This document shows, piece by piece, positions 1 through 9,653 of a DNA stretch of 64,000 nucleotides. Under the pieces are notes generated by a model. The model was not told the DNA's origin, made no database searches, and saw nothing but the letters and a program-made list of their open reading frames with translations. Each line of letters opens with the position of its first letter. Position 1 is the first letter of the stretch. The DNA comes from Escherichia phage vB_EcoM_ESCO10. A program made the translations under genes and the position numbers. The stretch lies in sequence record OM386655.1. One strand, written 5' to 3'.

Positions 1-1
1 A

Positions 2-958
2 TTTAACGAAAAGTTTAAAGAGTGGGGACCTGTACTTGAAGGATTAATGACTTGGGCCAAGAATGCTGAAGCCATGTTTAGTGAAGGAAATTGGCTAGGC
101 CTAGCTGAAGCTATTATTCGTGGTATGGTTAATCTTACTAAAAATATGGCACAACTTTTAATGCTTGGTATTTCTAAGTTGATTTCATCTATTTTAAGTA
201 AAATACCTGGTATGGGTGATTTAGCTGAAAATGTAGAGGCGTCCGCTTTAATGTCGTATCAACAAAATACAGGAGCCACTTTAGATGACGAAGACCAAAC
301 TAAAGTAGCCAAGTACCATGATAGACGTTCAGCAGAGGCTTTAGAAACAGCCGAGAAAATGAATAAGAAGTATAAAGATAAACCTGAGCTTATAAACCAG
401 GCAGAGAAATACGGTAATCTTACCAAAGAACAAGCTGACCAGTTACGTGCAGGTGGAATTGACACAAGCTTCCGCGACCTCCCTGAAGAAGAACGTTTGG
501 ACTATTTCAAGAAACGTGATAAAGCCCAGGCTGATATTATTCGTTTAACCCAAACCGCTGATAATATAATGAAGCCTGATTCTAAAGATATCGAAAACGC
601 TAAGGCATTTAAAGCGGATATCGAGAAACAATTAGCCGACCCTATTATGGCTAAAGGTGGAGCACCCAAAGACCTTAATATTCAGCAATTACTTGATAAG
701 ATGGATAAATCTTTAGAGAAATTTAATGATGCTGAAAAGCCTAAACCAGCTTCTGTAGCTGAAGCCCCTGAAACAGCTCAAGCTAAAAAGGTTGACGAGC
801 AAATGAGAGCAAAGGAAAATGCTAAATATAGTCAGCAAGCTCCAACTCAAATAAATCAGCAAACGAATATCAAGAAAACGAGTAAGACTAGTTATAATTT
901 ACCACCACAGTCTTCTACTCCTGCCCCTGGTATGCGTCAAGCTACTAAAGTTAATTAG
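2..958 (+). CDS. 29: 3' portion of baseplate hub / tail-length determinator gene (gp29-like), truncated by window start
   Basis: Reading frame open from nt 2 with no stop before the track Met at 47; lies immediately upstream of gp48/gp54 as in T4 order 29-48-54; Lys/Glu/Ala-rich C-terminus. Confidence 0.45.
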   Translation, partial: FNEKFKEWGPVLEGLMTWAKNAEAMFSEGNWLGLAEAIIRGMVNLTKNMAQLLMLGISKLISSILSKIPGMGDLAENVEASALMSYQQNTGATLDDEDQTKVAKYHDRRSAEALETAEKMNKKYKDKPELINQAEKYGNLTKEQADQLRAGGIDTSFRDLPEEERLDYFKKRDKAQADIIRLTQTADNIMKPDSKDIENAKAFKADIEKQLADPIMAKGGAPKDLNIQQLLDKMDKSLEKFNDAEKPKPASVAEAPETAQAKKVDEQMRAKENAKYSQQAPTQINQQTNIKKTSKTSYNLPPQSSTPAPGMRQATKVN

Positions 959-966
959 GATTGATA

Positions 967-2055
967 ATGAAAGTAAAAGAACTCGACTTTGATGTAGCCT
1001 CCTTATTTAAAGGAGGTTCAAAAACCTCCGCAGGTCAATCTAAAGCTAAACCGGCCCAAACTACGGTAACAGCCCAGTATCCAGCAGAGAGGGCTTCCGG
1101 TAATGATACTTCTACAGATATGGTACTAAACGATTTATATAAAAATGGTTTACTTTTTACAGCATATAATTTTAGCTCTCGTGTATCGCCCGATTTGCGT
1201 AATGACCGTTCGAGCCAAATGACTAAAAAGTTTTCAAAAGCCGCTAATAAACTTACCGGTAATACTGGTGGGTTCAGTGCAGTTAAAAACCTGTTTAGTA
1301 GCAACTCTAAAGGAGTAAAATTTGATAGCCAGGCTTTAGCCAACATTTTACTCCCACGTTCCAAGTCTGATGTTGATTCAGTCACCCATAAATTTAATGA
1401 TGTAGGCGAATCATTAATTACTAAAGGCGGTGGTACTGCTACAGGTATTTTGAGTAACGTTGCTAGTACTGCGGTATTTGGTGCATTGGAATCTGTAACT
1501 AATGGGGTAATGGCTGATTCAGGAGAACAGATATATACCACCGCTCGTAGTATGTACGCAGGACCTGATAACCGTACTAAAGTATTTACTTGGGAAATGA
1601 CCCCTAGAAATGCTCAGGACCTTATCCAGATTATCAAAATATACGAAATCTTTAATTATTATTCTTATGGCGAAACAGGCAACTCTGCCTTCGCGGGTGA
1701 ATTAAAAGAGAAGATTGACACATGGTACAGGTCTACATTTAAAAAAGAAGCTATTGATAACTTTGATGGTAAGCTATTAGGAGAAGGTATTACAAGTTTC
1801 CTTTCCAATGTTATTGTAGTAAGTAACCCGACCATTTGGTATATTCGAAACTTTGGCGATACAAGTTCATATGACGGGCGCGAAGATATTTTTGGACCGT
1901 GTCAAATCCAGAGTATACGATTTGACAAAACTCCTGATGGGCATTTTAATGGTTTGGCTATTGCTCCTAACTTACCATCTACATTTAGTTTAGAAGTTAC
2001 TTTCCGTGAAATCATTACTTTGAACCGTGGCTCACTTTATACGGAAGGATTCTAA
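967..2055 (+). CDS. 48: baseplate tail-tube junction protein gp48
   Basis: Track ORF 961..2055 begins with TTG; ATG at 967 gives MKVKELDFD.. ; size and position match T4 gp48 (364 aa); followed by gp54 with TAATG overlap. Confidence 0.75.
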   Translation: MKVKELDFDVASLFKGGSKTSAGQSKAKPAQTTVTAQYPAERASGNDTSTDMVLNDLYKNGLLFTAYNFSSRVSPDLRNDRSSQMTKKFSKAANKLTGNTGGFSAVKNLFSSNSKGVKFDSQALANILLPRSKSDVDSVTHKFNDVGESLITKGGGTATGILSNVASTAVFGALESVTNGVMADSGEQIYTTARSMYAGPDNRTKVFTWEMTPRNAQDLIQIIKIYEIFNYYSYGETGNSAFAGELKEKIDTWYRSTFKKEAIDNFDGKLLGEGITSFLSNVIVVSNPTIWYIRNFGDTSSYDGREDIFGPCQIQSIRFDKTPDGHFNGLAIAPNLPSTFSLEVTFREIITLNRGSLYTEGF

Positions 2056-3008
2056 TGTATACTTTACAAGAATTTCAGAATCAGGCAATTAATATTGACC
2101 TACAAAGGAATAACCTGTTTAGCGTAGTATTTGCTACAGTTCCTTCTTCTAAATCCCAAGCGCTCCTCGACCAGTTCGGTGGAGCTTTATTTAACAACAT
2201 CCCTTTAAATACAGATTTGCTGGGTATTACACAAGGAGAGTTGACTCAAGGTGTTACGACATTAGTGACAGCGGGCACTCAGAAGTTGATTCGTAAGTCA
2301 GGCATAAGTAAATATCTGATTGGTGCTATGTCATCCAGGGTTGTGCAGAGTTTACTAGGTGAGTTTGAAGTCGGGACTTATCTTATGGATTTTTTCAATA
2401 TGGCTTATCCCACTGCGGGACTTTTAGTCCATGCAGTTAAAATCCCGGATAACACGTTGAATTATGAAATGGACCTTAACCATAACTCTCCTAATATAAA
2501 AATCACTGGAAGAGAATATTCCCCATTAGTATTAAGCTTCCGTATGGATTCTGAAGCTGCTAACTACCGTGCTTTTAATGATTGGGTCAATAGTGTCCAA
2601 GACCCTATTACGCAGCTAAGAGCATTACCTGAAGATGTTGAAGCTGACATCCAAGTCAACCTTCATTCTCGTAACGGATTGCCACATACGGTAGTAATGC
2701 TTAACGGTTGCGTTCCCGTTAGTGTTTCATCACCGGAATTATCCTACGACGGTGATAACCAAATTGCTTCGTTTGATGTTACATTTGCTTATAGAAGTAT
2801 ACAGACAGGTGCAGTTGGTAAACAAGCTGCTTACGAATGGTTGGAAGATAAAGTCCTTAAAGGTGTAGCGGGTCTAAGTGAGAGTAACTCATTAAGTTCT
2901 TCTGTAGCTAAATTGAGTAGACTTTCAGGAGCAGCAAGTGGATTGACTGGATTGGTTAATACGTTTGGTGGACGTGCTATTAATAATGGAATATCAAGGT
3001 TGTTATAA
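2055..3008 (+). CDS. 54: baseplate tail-tube initiator gp54
   Basis: 317 aa, start overlaps gp48 stop (TAATG); size and synteny with T4 gp54; terminator hairpin follows. Confidence 0.7.
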   Translation: MYTLQEFQNQAINIDLQRNNLFSVVFATVPSSKSQALLDQFGGALFNNIPLNTDLLGITQGELTQGVTTLVTAGTQKLIRKSGISKYLIGAMSSRVVQSLLGEFEVGTYLMDFFNMAYPTAGLLVHAVKIPDNTLNYEMDLNHNSPNIKITGREYSPLVLSFRMDSEAANYRAFNDWVNSVQDPITQLRALPEDVEADIQVNLHSRNGLPHTVVMLNGCVPVSVSSPELSYDGDNQIASFDVTFAYRSIQTGAVGKQAAYEWLEDKVLKGVAGLSESNSLSSSVAKLSRLSGAASGLTGLVNTFGGRAINNGISRLL

Positions 3009-3015
3009 TAAAAAA

Positions 3016-3033
3016 GGAGAGCCTTGGCTCTCC
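3016..3033. terminator. stem-loop GGAGAGC-cttg-GCTCTCC between convergent gp54 (+) and minus-strand early genes; likely bidirectional terminator
   Basis: 7-bp perfect stem with tetraloop, followed by TTTA; sits 8 nt after gp54 stop and 9 nt before the stop of minus ORF 3042..3332. Confidence 0.5.
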
Positions 3034-3041
3034 TTTAGGGG

Positions 3042-3332
3042 TTACTTACGGAACGAGATAAAACCTGCTGCAGTCATTAAGGGTTGCTTTTTAACAAATA
3101 CAGTAACTGAAATAGGAGCTTCAGATTCAAGCTGACCTGTCACTACACCATTAAAGATGTTTTCGGTTTGCTCAGGTTGTGAAAAATTTTCAACCGGGCG
3201 TAAGTCGAACTGCTTGTCTTCACCGAAAACGCGACGTAATTCATTACCTACTGCACTGTCGAACTCTTCAGAAGCTGGGATAACGTTTTCAACTACCAGT
3301 TCTTGACCATTAAAACGGAATGTAGATTTCAT
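3042..3332 (-). CDS. hypothetical protein (96 aa)
   Basis: Track ORF; RBS GAGG 9 nt upstream of ATG; own early promoter at 3361..3390. Confidence 0.5.
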   Translation of the reverse strand: MKSTFRFNGQELVVENVIPASEEFDSAVGNELRRVFGEDKQFDLRPVENFSQPEQTENIFNGVVTGQLESEAPISVTVFVKKQPLMTAAGFISFRK

Positions 3333-3360
3333 ATTGTTCTCCTCATGTTTGTGTAAGGTA

Positions 3361-3390
3361 ATAGTACCACATCCTTGTGGTGTTGTAAAC
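3361..3390 (-). promoter_or_regulatory. early promoter (sigma70-type, -35 GTTTAC / -10 TACTAT)
   Basis: minus strand GTTTAC-N18-TACTAT upstream of ORF 3042..3332; overlaps stop of alt paralog. Confidence 0.5.
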
Positions 3391-5513
3391 TACATTTTGA
3401 ATTTAGTTGGTAAAGCGGAGATGTTCAAAGATGCTGCAAGGATTTCCATAGCTTCGTTGCTTTCAGAAATAGATTCACTAATCAAGAATTGGCTGAATCC
3501 ATCCATCAGGCGAACTTCGCCGGTTTCCATCAAATGGTCACCATCGTAAACAGATTCGCTGAGCTCTGAAGGAGGTGTTACGGTAGCTTCCATAAGGTAT
3601 TTGTGAGACACTCTATCATTCATGGCAAAAGCCGCTACTTTATCAACCTTCAACAATAATCCGCGCGGAAGGATAATTTCTGCTTCTTCGGCATATTCTG
3701 TAAGGTCGCCGGGAGCGATAACTTTAACTGCTTCAGCACCTCGAATAACCATACCAATTTCAGCAATTCTATCCGCAGGGCCTTCAGGTGCAATTGGATT
3801 ACCAAACTCGTCTTCTTCCCATTCTACCTCTTCGTCATCGACTTCACCCACATCAGATGAACTACCACTAGCCAATTTAAACAACTCATCAGCGGAGGAT
3901 AAAGAACCTTCACCACCAACAAAAACGGCTTGGTTGTCGAGGGCCATATAATTTTTACCGAATTCACCAAAGATGTTAGGCTTTAATGAGGCTGACACAA
4001 AGTTCTTAAAGTAAAATGTTTTGTTATCGATATTATGGCGCAGAATTTTGTATGGCAAATCCTGACCACGATACAAAATAGTACCCTTAGGAAGTTTAAT
4101 ACCCTTAGTAAATGCTGAGTCTAAATCCTTAATCAATTTAATAGCCGTTGTATTGTTTTCGGATTCAGGTTTACCTAAAAGGAATAAGTTCATAGGAGCA
4201 TATTCAGCTGCGCAATATTCAATAATAGCGTTGCTTTCGTCTTTGGTTAGGTCCTTAGGTTTAATGAGCTCACCTGAATAAGCATATGCATCACTAATAG
4301 AATCGTTAATTAGTTTATAAACGGCTTCCATAGCGAAAGCAATTCGAGAGGCCTTTTCTGAAGGGGAGCCTTTAAAACGAGCGCTCAAGTTATTAACAAT
4401 TTTCTTAATAATATCCAGACTATTGGTGGTATTGATTTGCGAAAGGCCGCTTAAAAGTCTATCGACTTCTGTATTAAAAAATGCCATATTTTTAGAGTAA
4501 ATTTCAAACCCTTGTTTATCTCTATTAGCATAATTTAGTTTAAATTTACTATCAGTCATTAAAGCGTGCGTGAGAGCAATGGTGTATCTAAAGTTGGCAA
4601 GGTCCTCGCTCTTAGATTTAAACTGAGAAGCCTGGCGCATTTTGGTAATAGCACCTTTTTTAAAGTTCTGGCTAATCTGTTCAATACCTTCATTCTCAGG
4701 GCCTTCGGCAGTGTGAACCGGTACAGAAGCTTCAAATTCGTTATATACCTGCAATTCTTTAGGGGACAAAGTTTCAGGCTCAGCAGTAGAATACTGTGCG
4801 GCTGCTGCCATACGACGGGAAATCTTAGTACGGGTAATGACAGCCTTATCAGTACGTTTCTCTTCAACCTTAGCGATACTTGCCGCCATAGCTTCGACCT
4901 TACTTACGGCTTGACCTGTTTTCTTAGAAACATAAACTTCACCAACTTTAGACTCGACCTTAGTATAAAGATCGGCATCAATTTCAGGCATACCTTTGAT
5001 ATCTTCGATATTAGAACCACGACGTACTAAAAGAACGTAGGTATGTTTTCCACTGAATTGGAACATATCATCAACAACTTTAAACTTACCACCAGTACGA
5101 GCCATTACTAAACGAGCCAATACACGTTGTACAGTAGGGCCCTTACCTTTCATTTTCTTAGTAGGGAAACGGAACAGAACTGCGTCCATTTTAAGTTTGT
5201 TTACTTGTTCATATACTGTATCGAAAATAGTATTCAATGCACCAAGTGGGTCAGAACCAAGTCCACCTTTGAGTTCAGCCGGGGCTCCTTTGCTTGACAA
5301 ACTCATTAGAATAACATGAACATATTTGTCACCCGGCTTAACCATTTTAACTGCGTCTCCTTGAGACGCATAAGATACCATACGAGCAACAAGGTTATCA
5401 TTACCTGGAGCTTGAATAGAGAAAATCTGTGGGATACCGGAACCTGGTTTAAGATTTGTTACTGGATAGTTTTTAGCGGAATCACTATCAAAAACTTCGT
5501 TTAAATTTTCCAT
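3390..5513 (-). CDS. alt: Alt-like ADP-ribosyltransferase, paralog 1 (707 aa)
   Basis: Size and position match T4 alt (between 54 and 30); R-S-E ADP-ribosyltransferase motifs (LYRGQ ... FVSASL ... EAEIILPRG); N-terminal ~230 aa closely similar to the adjacent paralog. Confidence 0.7.
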   Translation of the reverse strand: MENLNEVFDSDSAKNYPVTNLKPGSGIPQIFSIQAPGNDNLVARMVSYASQGDAVKMVKPGDKYVHVILMSLSSKGAPAELKGGLGSDPLGALNTIFDTVYEQVNKLKMDAVLFRFPTKKMKGKGPTVQRVLARLVMARTGGKFKVVDDMFQFSGKHTYVLLVRRGSNIEDIKGMPEIDADLYTKVESKVGEVYVSKKTGQAVSKVEAMAASIAKVEEKRTDKAVITRTKISRRMAAAAQYSTAEPETLSPKELQVYNEFEASVPVHTAEGPENEGIEQISQNFKKGAITKMRQASQFKSKSEDLANFRYTIALTHALMTDSKFKLNYANRDKQGFEIYSKNMAFFNTEVDRLLSGLSQINTTNSLDIIKKIVNNLSARFKGSPSEKASRIAFAMEAVYKLINDSISDAYAYSGELIKPKDLTKDESNAIIEYCAAEYAPMNLFLLGKPESENNTTAIKLIKDLDSAFTKGIKLPKGTILYRGQDLPYKILRHNIDNKTFYFKNFVSASLKPNIFGEFGKNYMALDNQAVFVGGEGSLSSADELFKLASGSSSDVGEVDDEEVEWEEDEFGNPIAPEGPADRIAEIGMVIRGAEAVKVIAPGDLTEYAEEAEIILPRGLLLKVDKVAAFAMNDRVSHKYLMEATVTPPSELSESVYDGDHLMETGEVRLMDGFSQFLISESISESNEAMEILAASLNISALPTKFKM

Positions 5514-5516
5514 TAT

Positions 5517-7601
5517 TTACCCTTGGATGAATTTTTCTGGGATGTCGTCAAAATCAATACATGAAGCCAAAAGAGGCAACACATCAAAACGTGTGGATTT
5601 TACAAATGAGTCAAAGGACACAGGACTTTCGGAAGTATCAAAATCATCTTGGTATACAGCCAATTCACCGGTTTCCATTAATACGTCACCATCATACACT
5701 ACAGATTCTTGAAGCTCATCTGTTGTCATAACTTCAGCTTGAATGAGCTTTGTATTACTAGATGTTGTCCCGTCATTATTAGAAGCATCAGTTATTTTAT
5801 TAACTTTGACCATCAATCCGCGCGGTAGAATAACTTCAGCTTCTGTTGCTATACCTAATTGGCCTGGATAAACAACATTAACTTTATGAGCACCGTCAAT
5901 AGCCCATCCTATTTGAACTTTAACGTATTCAGGATTTTCTCTATATGCTCTTATTTCGCTTGGGTTAATAGTTATTCCTTCTTCATTTTTATCAACTGTT
6001 AGTTCATTGCGAGCTTCTGGTTCTAAAAGACCCACGCCAGCGTGAGTAACACCAAAACGACCAAAAATAATAGGAGTCAGTGAAGTAGATACAAAATTTC
6101 TAAAATAGAACACTTTATTTTTAACTAGTGCTTCGTATATAGGAGCAGTCATACTTTGGGCACGATAAACTGTAATGCCTTCTGGTATACGGTCTCCATT
6201 TTCAAAAGCTGAATCCAGATTATTAACGGCAGATTCGATATCTTTTTCGCCCATAACCTCATAGTTCTGAGGATTATAACGTCCTAAAAGAAGGTTATTG
6301 ATATCACCATATCCGGAACCACAATATTCACGAATACCACGTTTTTGAGAAGGGGTATATTTATCTGCACTATGACCCAAAGTAATATCAACCATAATAC
6401 CGCCGCCCACACCAGCAAAACTATACACACGTTTTTTAATGAACTTGGTCTTGGCTGCTTTCCACTTGGACTCAGTCAATTCATTCCAGAGGTCATCAGG
6501 TTGCCCTTTACGGGTTTTGTTGTGCGTGGCCACCCACTCGCCTTTATATTCTTCGAAGACACTGTTAATAACCGAAGCATATTTTTCCAGAGCTTTAACA
6601 GATGTTAAAGGTTCATTTTTGATAGCCGTAAGGATTCTCTCTTTAATTTTCTCTTGGATTTCACCAATAGCATGAAGTGGGAACATTTTATATTCGTAAT
6701 GCAACTCTTCAGCAGTACCTTCAGCCACTATATTAACAACCTTATTTTTAGCCGCTGGAGAATTATTATTCGTAACCATTTCCTGCGCGTCAGGGATTAA
6801 TGGAGCTGTAGCCGGTTTATTAAAATCTGCTGAAGTAGCTTCATACTTCTTAAACAGTTCGCTTTCATTACGATAAGATTCTAACGATTGGCTTGCTGCA
6901 ATCGCTCGCCGCGAAATCTTAGTTTTGGTTATAACCATTTTATCAGTGCGACGTTCTTCAACTTTAGCAATACTGCCGGCAATAGCAGTTTCTTTAGTAA
7001 CCTGCACGCCTTCTTTTTTAGAAATATAAACTTCACCAACATCAGAATCTACCTTAGTATACAGTTCAGCATTAATTCCTGGCATACCTTTGATATCTTC
7101 GATATCAGCTTGTTTACGAACTACTAGGATATACGTGTGTTTACCTGTAAATTGGTACATGGCCGGAACTACTTTGAAGCGTCCGCCTGTTTTTTGAGTT
7201 ACTAAACGTTGGATAATTCTCTGGACAACAGGACCTTGACCTTTCATTTTCTTGGTAGGAAAACGGAACATAACAGCATCCATACGAAGCTTTTTAACTT
7301 GTTCGAATACTACGTCGAAAATGGTATTAATAGCATCAATAGGAGTAGGGCCTAAGCCGCCTTTAAGTTCAGCTGGTGAACCTTTAGCTGAAAGGCTCAT
7401 AAGGATGATGTGGGCGTATTTATCACCTAATTTAACCTGTTTAATAGCATCGCCTTCAGAGGCATAAGATACCATACGAGCAACCAATTGGGATTCGGCA
7501 TTACCGATCTTCCAAATCTGGGGCACTTTAAGTTTTGGGTTTAAGTTTACAGTAGGCAGGGTGCCTTCAGACTCAAACACTTCATTTAATTGTTCGGTCA
7601 T
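5517..7601 (-). CDS. alt: Alt-like ADP-ribosyltransferase, paralog 2 (694 aa)
   Basis: Same architecture as paralog 1 (VYRAQ ... FVSTSL ... EAEVILPRG); RBS GAGGAA 6 nt upstream of ATG; only 3 nt separate it from paralog 1. Confidence 0.7.
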   Translation of the reverse strand: MTEQLNEVFESEGTLPTVNLNPKLKVPQIWKIGNAESQLVARMVSYASEGDAIKQVKLGDKYAHIILMSLSAKGSPAELKGGLGPTPIDAINTIFDVVFEQVKKLRMDAVMFRFPTKKMKGQGPVVQRIIQRLVTQKTGGRFKVVPAMYQFTGKHTYILVVRKQADIEDIKGMPGINAELYTKVDSDVGEVYISKKEGVQVTKETAIAGSIAKVEERRTDKMVITKTKISRRAIAASQSLESYRNESELFKKYEATSADFNKPATAPLIPDAQEMVTNNNSPAAKNKVVNIVAEGTAEELHYEYKMFPLHAIGEIQEKIKERILTAIKNEPLTSVKALEKYASVINSVFEEYKGEWVATHNKTRKGQPDDLWNELTESKWKAAKTKFIKKRVYSFAGVGGGIMVDITLGHSADKYTPSQKRGIREYCGSGYGDINNLLLGRYNPQNYEVMGEKDIESAVNNLDSAFENGDRIPEGITVYRAQSMTAPIYEALVKNKVFYFRNFVSTSLTPIIFGRFGVTHAGVGLLEPEARNELTVDKNEEGITINPSEIRAYRENPEYVKVQIGWAIDGAHKVNVVYPGQLGIATEAEVILPRGLMVKVNKITDASNNDGTTSSNTKLIQAEVMTTDELQESVVYDGDVLMETGELAVYQDDFDTSESPVSFDSFVKSTRFDVLPLLASCIDFDDIPEKFIQG

Positions 7602-7636
7602 AATAATTCCTCTTTAATAACCGTATTTATGCCATT

Positions 7637-7654
7637 AAAGGCCCGAAGGCCTTT
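7637..7654 (-). terminator. UUCG-tetraloop hairpin AAAGGCC-uucg-GGCCUUU (minus-strand transcript)
   Basis: Perfect 7-bp stem; located between stop of ORF 7656..7838 and alt paralog 2 start. Confidence 0.4.
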
Positions 7655-7655
7655 A

Positions 7656-7838
7656 TTAAAGTACTAATAGCGTACGGTATACTTCAAACTTAGGGCCCTT
7701 TTCATACCGGTCAAAAGTATCTTTGAAATCAGCAAAAGTGATTTCATTATCAAATTCAAGGATAATTTGTGAACATGAAGTAGAAACATCTCCACCTTCT
7801 TTATATCCAATAACCACGGTTTCTAAATAAGCTTTCAT
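7656..7838 (-). CDS. hypothetical small protein (60 aa)
   Basis: Track ORF 7656..7904 trimmed to internal Met (MKAYLETV..) whose ATG lies 1 nt after ligase stop (TAATATG coupling); longer version would overlap ligase by 65 nt. Confidence 0.35.
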   Translation of the reverse strand: MKAYLETVVIGYKEGGDVSTSCSQIILEFDNEITFADFKDTFDRYEKGPKFEVYRTLLVL

Positions 7839-7839
7839 A

Positions 7840-9363
7840 TTATAACCCTGTCTGAGACCAATCACCAAATACGTCTTCAAACGTATCAGCTTCTGTTTTA
7901 TCAAATCGCCAACCTTTAATAATTGGGAGGAAAATACCTACAGTATCAGTACGTCCTTTAGAATGAACCCAACCATTGCATTCACAATCAGCAATACGTC
8001 CAATCAACTTACCTTCACGTGCTTGTTTCATAAGAAGTTCACGGTCTAAATCAGGACGATCTTCCAATGGAATCGACACCTTTTTACCTGATTTATCTTT
8101 CTTATGGGTGGTATCTTTAAAGCCAGAACCGCAGTCACTTGTAATTCGACGACAACGTGATACTAACTCGACACCACCAAGTTTGTTAGGGTCTTTAGAG
8201 TGTTCATAATAACCTACTACTTCTAAAGCGATATCGATTACTTCTTTGAACTTGATAAGATTCTTAGAACGGCGGTTTTCCCAGTAGGAGTCCATGTTCT
8301 TAAGGATAATACCTTCCAGACCTTGGTCGACGTATTTTTTATAAACGACTTTAGCTTCAGCCAAATTGTTAACCCATTGGTTTTCAATAGCTTCAACACG
8401 TGTTGTACCATGCAATACGACATTATGAGCAACCATAAGTTCTAAGGCAGTAAAGCGTAAATCATACTTATCGCCTTTAATTTTACCTTCGGAATACACT
8501 ACATCTAACGGAACGTAATCCCACGCCTGTAATACCATGCCAGCAGCTTCAGTAGCAGAAATAGTTCCTTGAAGAGCTTTGTTAGCCAAGCCGTTTGATG
8601 TAGAACGATCGGCGACGGTTTGGAATTCCTTTGCCTTACTTAATTCAGGGACTTCTTCATCAAACATGCTAAACAGGTCATTGGATGTTTTGGGTTCAAC
8701 CTTAGGGGTATGGTAAACTAATTCACCGTCAATCATAACACCATTAGGATGACGTTTACGAGCTTCTTCAGTCATCACCATTAATTCGGCTGCCAAAAGA
8801 TTAAGTCCTTGGTATTCATTACCACCACGGGTAAGGAATGTAACACCCGAATCACGTACTTCAGCAAAGCAACGAGCCCCATCAGCTTTTAATTGAGCAA
8901 ATGCAGGCCATTTAATATTTTTCTTAATCAGAGCTTCATCATAAGAACTAGCCAACATCTGAGGTTGTTCAGGGATTAAACCTTTCCAAACCTTGTTGGC
9001 AATAGAAATAGATGCACCACATTCAAGGTCACGCATCATTACACGACGTAATACCTCAACATCTTGTCCTTTGGCATCGGCAATAATTTGGGCAAGTTCT
9101 TCAATGGCCGCATTACCTGTAATCTTACGGGTGGCTAATGTGAACTCAGCGAAATCAAGAAGGTCTTCAAGTGTAATCATACCAAAGGATTGAGACGTAA
9201 ATCCAGGTTCTGGCCACTTTTTAATACCGTAGTTTAATCGGCGCGTATAAGCCATACGATAAACACGTTTAAGAAGCTCGTTGTCCTTTTCACGAGCAAT
9301 AATAGCTTCTTTAGCTTTGGTAGAATCGATAGCAGCAATTTCGTTCAAGATATCTAAAATCAT
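7840..9363 (-). CDS. 30: ATP-dependent DNA ligase (gp30)
   Basis: Adenylation motif KADGARCF; strong end-to-end similarity to recalled T4 ligase starting at MILDILNEIA (track Met at 9402 is upstream of the middle-promoter -10); RBS GAGGTGATT-ATG. Confidence 0.85.
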   Translation of the reverse strand: MILDILNEIAAIDSTKAKEAIIAREKDNELLKRVYRMAYTRRLNYGIKKWPEPGFTSQSFGMITLEDLLDFAEFTLATRKITGNAAIEELAQIIADAKGQDVEVLRRVMMRDLECGASISIANKVWKGLIPEQPQMLASSYDEALIKKNIKWPAFAQLKADGARCFAEVRDSGVTFLTRGGNEYQGLNLLAAELMVMTEEARKRHPNGVMIDGELVYHTPKVEPKTSNDLFSMFDEEVPELSKAKEFQTVADRSTSNGLANKALQGTISATEAAGMVLQAWDYVPLDVVYSEGKIKGDKYDLRFTALELMVAHNVVLHGTTRVEAIENQWVNNLAEAKVVYKKYVDQGLEGIILKNMDSYWENRRSKNLIKFKEVIDIALEVVGYYEHSKDPNKLGGVELVSRCRRITSDCGSGFKDTTHKKDKSGKKVSIPLEDRPDLDRELLMKQAREGKLIGRIADCECNGWVHSKGRTDTVGIFLPIIKGWRFDKTEADTFEDVFGDWSQTGL

Positions 9364-9373
9364 AATCACCTCA

Positions 9374-9652
9374 TTAGTCATGGATTCTATTATAAGCCAC
9401 ATCAGCCAAAAGCAAGTCTAATCTCTTATGATAAGAGAACACAAATCTCATTTGACCGTTGGATTTCATTTTAGACATAAAGTGGACATAGATAAATCCT
9501 TGCTCAACGCATTCACGCCAGACCGGATGGTCTTTAGCAGGGTTTACATCAAAAGAATAATCATGATTCACATGTCGAATAAACTGGTTTACATGACCGT
9601 AATCCATTGTAGTGGTAGGGCCACGGTCTGAAATTGTATGAACTACAAACAT
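9374..9652 (-). CDS. hypothetical protein (~92 aa)
   Basis: Track ORF 9374..9676 trimmed to Met 9 (MFVVH..), which follows the upstream stop by 1 nt (TAATATG). Confidence 0.4.
   Translation of the reverse strand: MFVVHTISDRGPTTTMDYGHVNQFIRHVNHDYSFDVNPAKDHPVWRECVEQGFIYVHFMSKMKSNGQMRFVFSYHKRLDLLLADVAYNRIHD
9388..9417 (-). promoter_or_regulatory. MotA-dependent middle promoter for gene 30
   Basis: minus strand cTTGCTTTt - 12 nt - TTATAAT, about 20 nt upstream of ligase ATG at 9363. Confidence 0.5.
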
Positions 9653-9653
9653 A

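Noticed and set aside
3622-5030. Plus-strand ORFs inside the alt paralogs (3622..3951, 4566..5030, 5316..5504)
   Set aside because: Antisense to long, well-supported minus-strand genes; low-complexity Ser/Pro/Leu-rich translations typical of out-of-frame reading.
7624-7631. CATAAATA as a late promoter for alt paralog 2
   Set aside because: Only 7 of 8 matches to TATAAATA and overlaps the adjacent hairpin; kept as unconfirmed.
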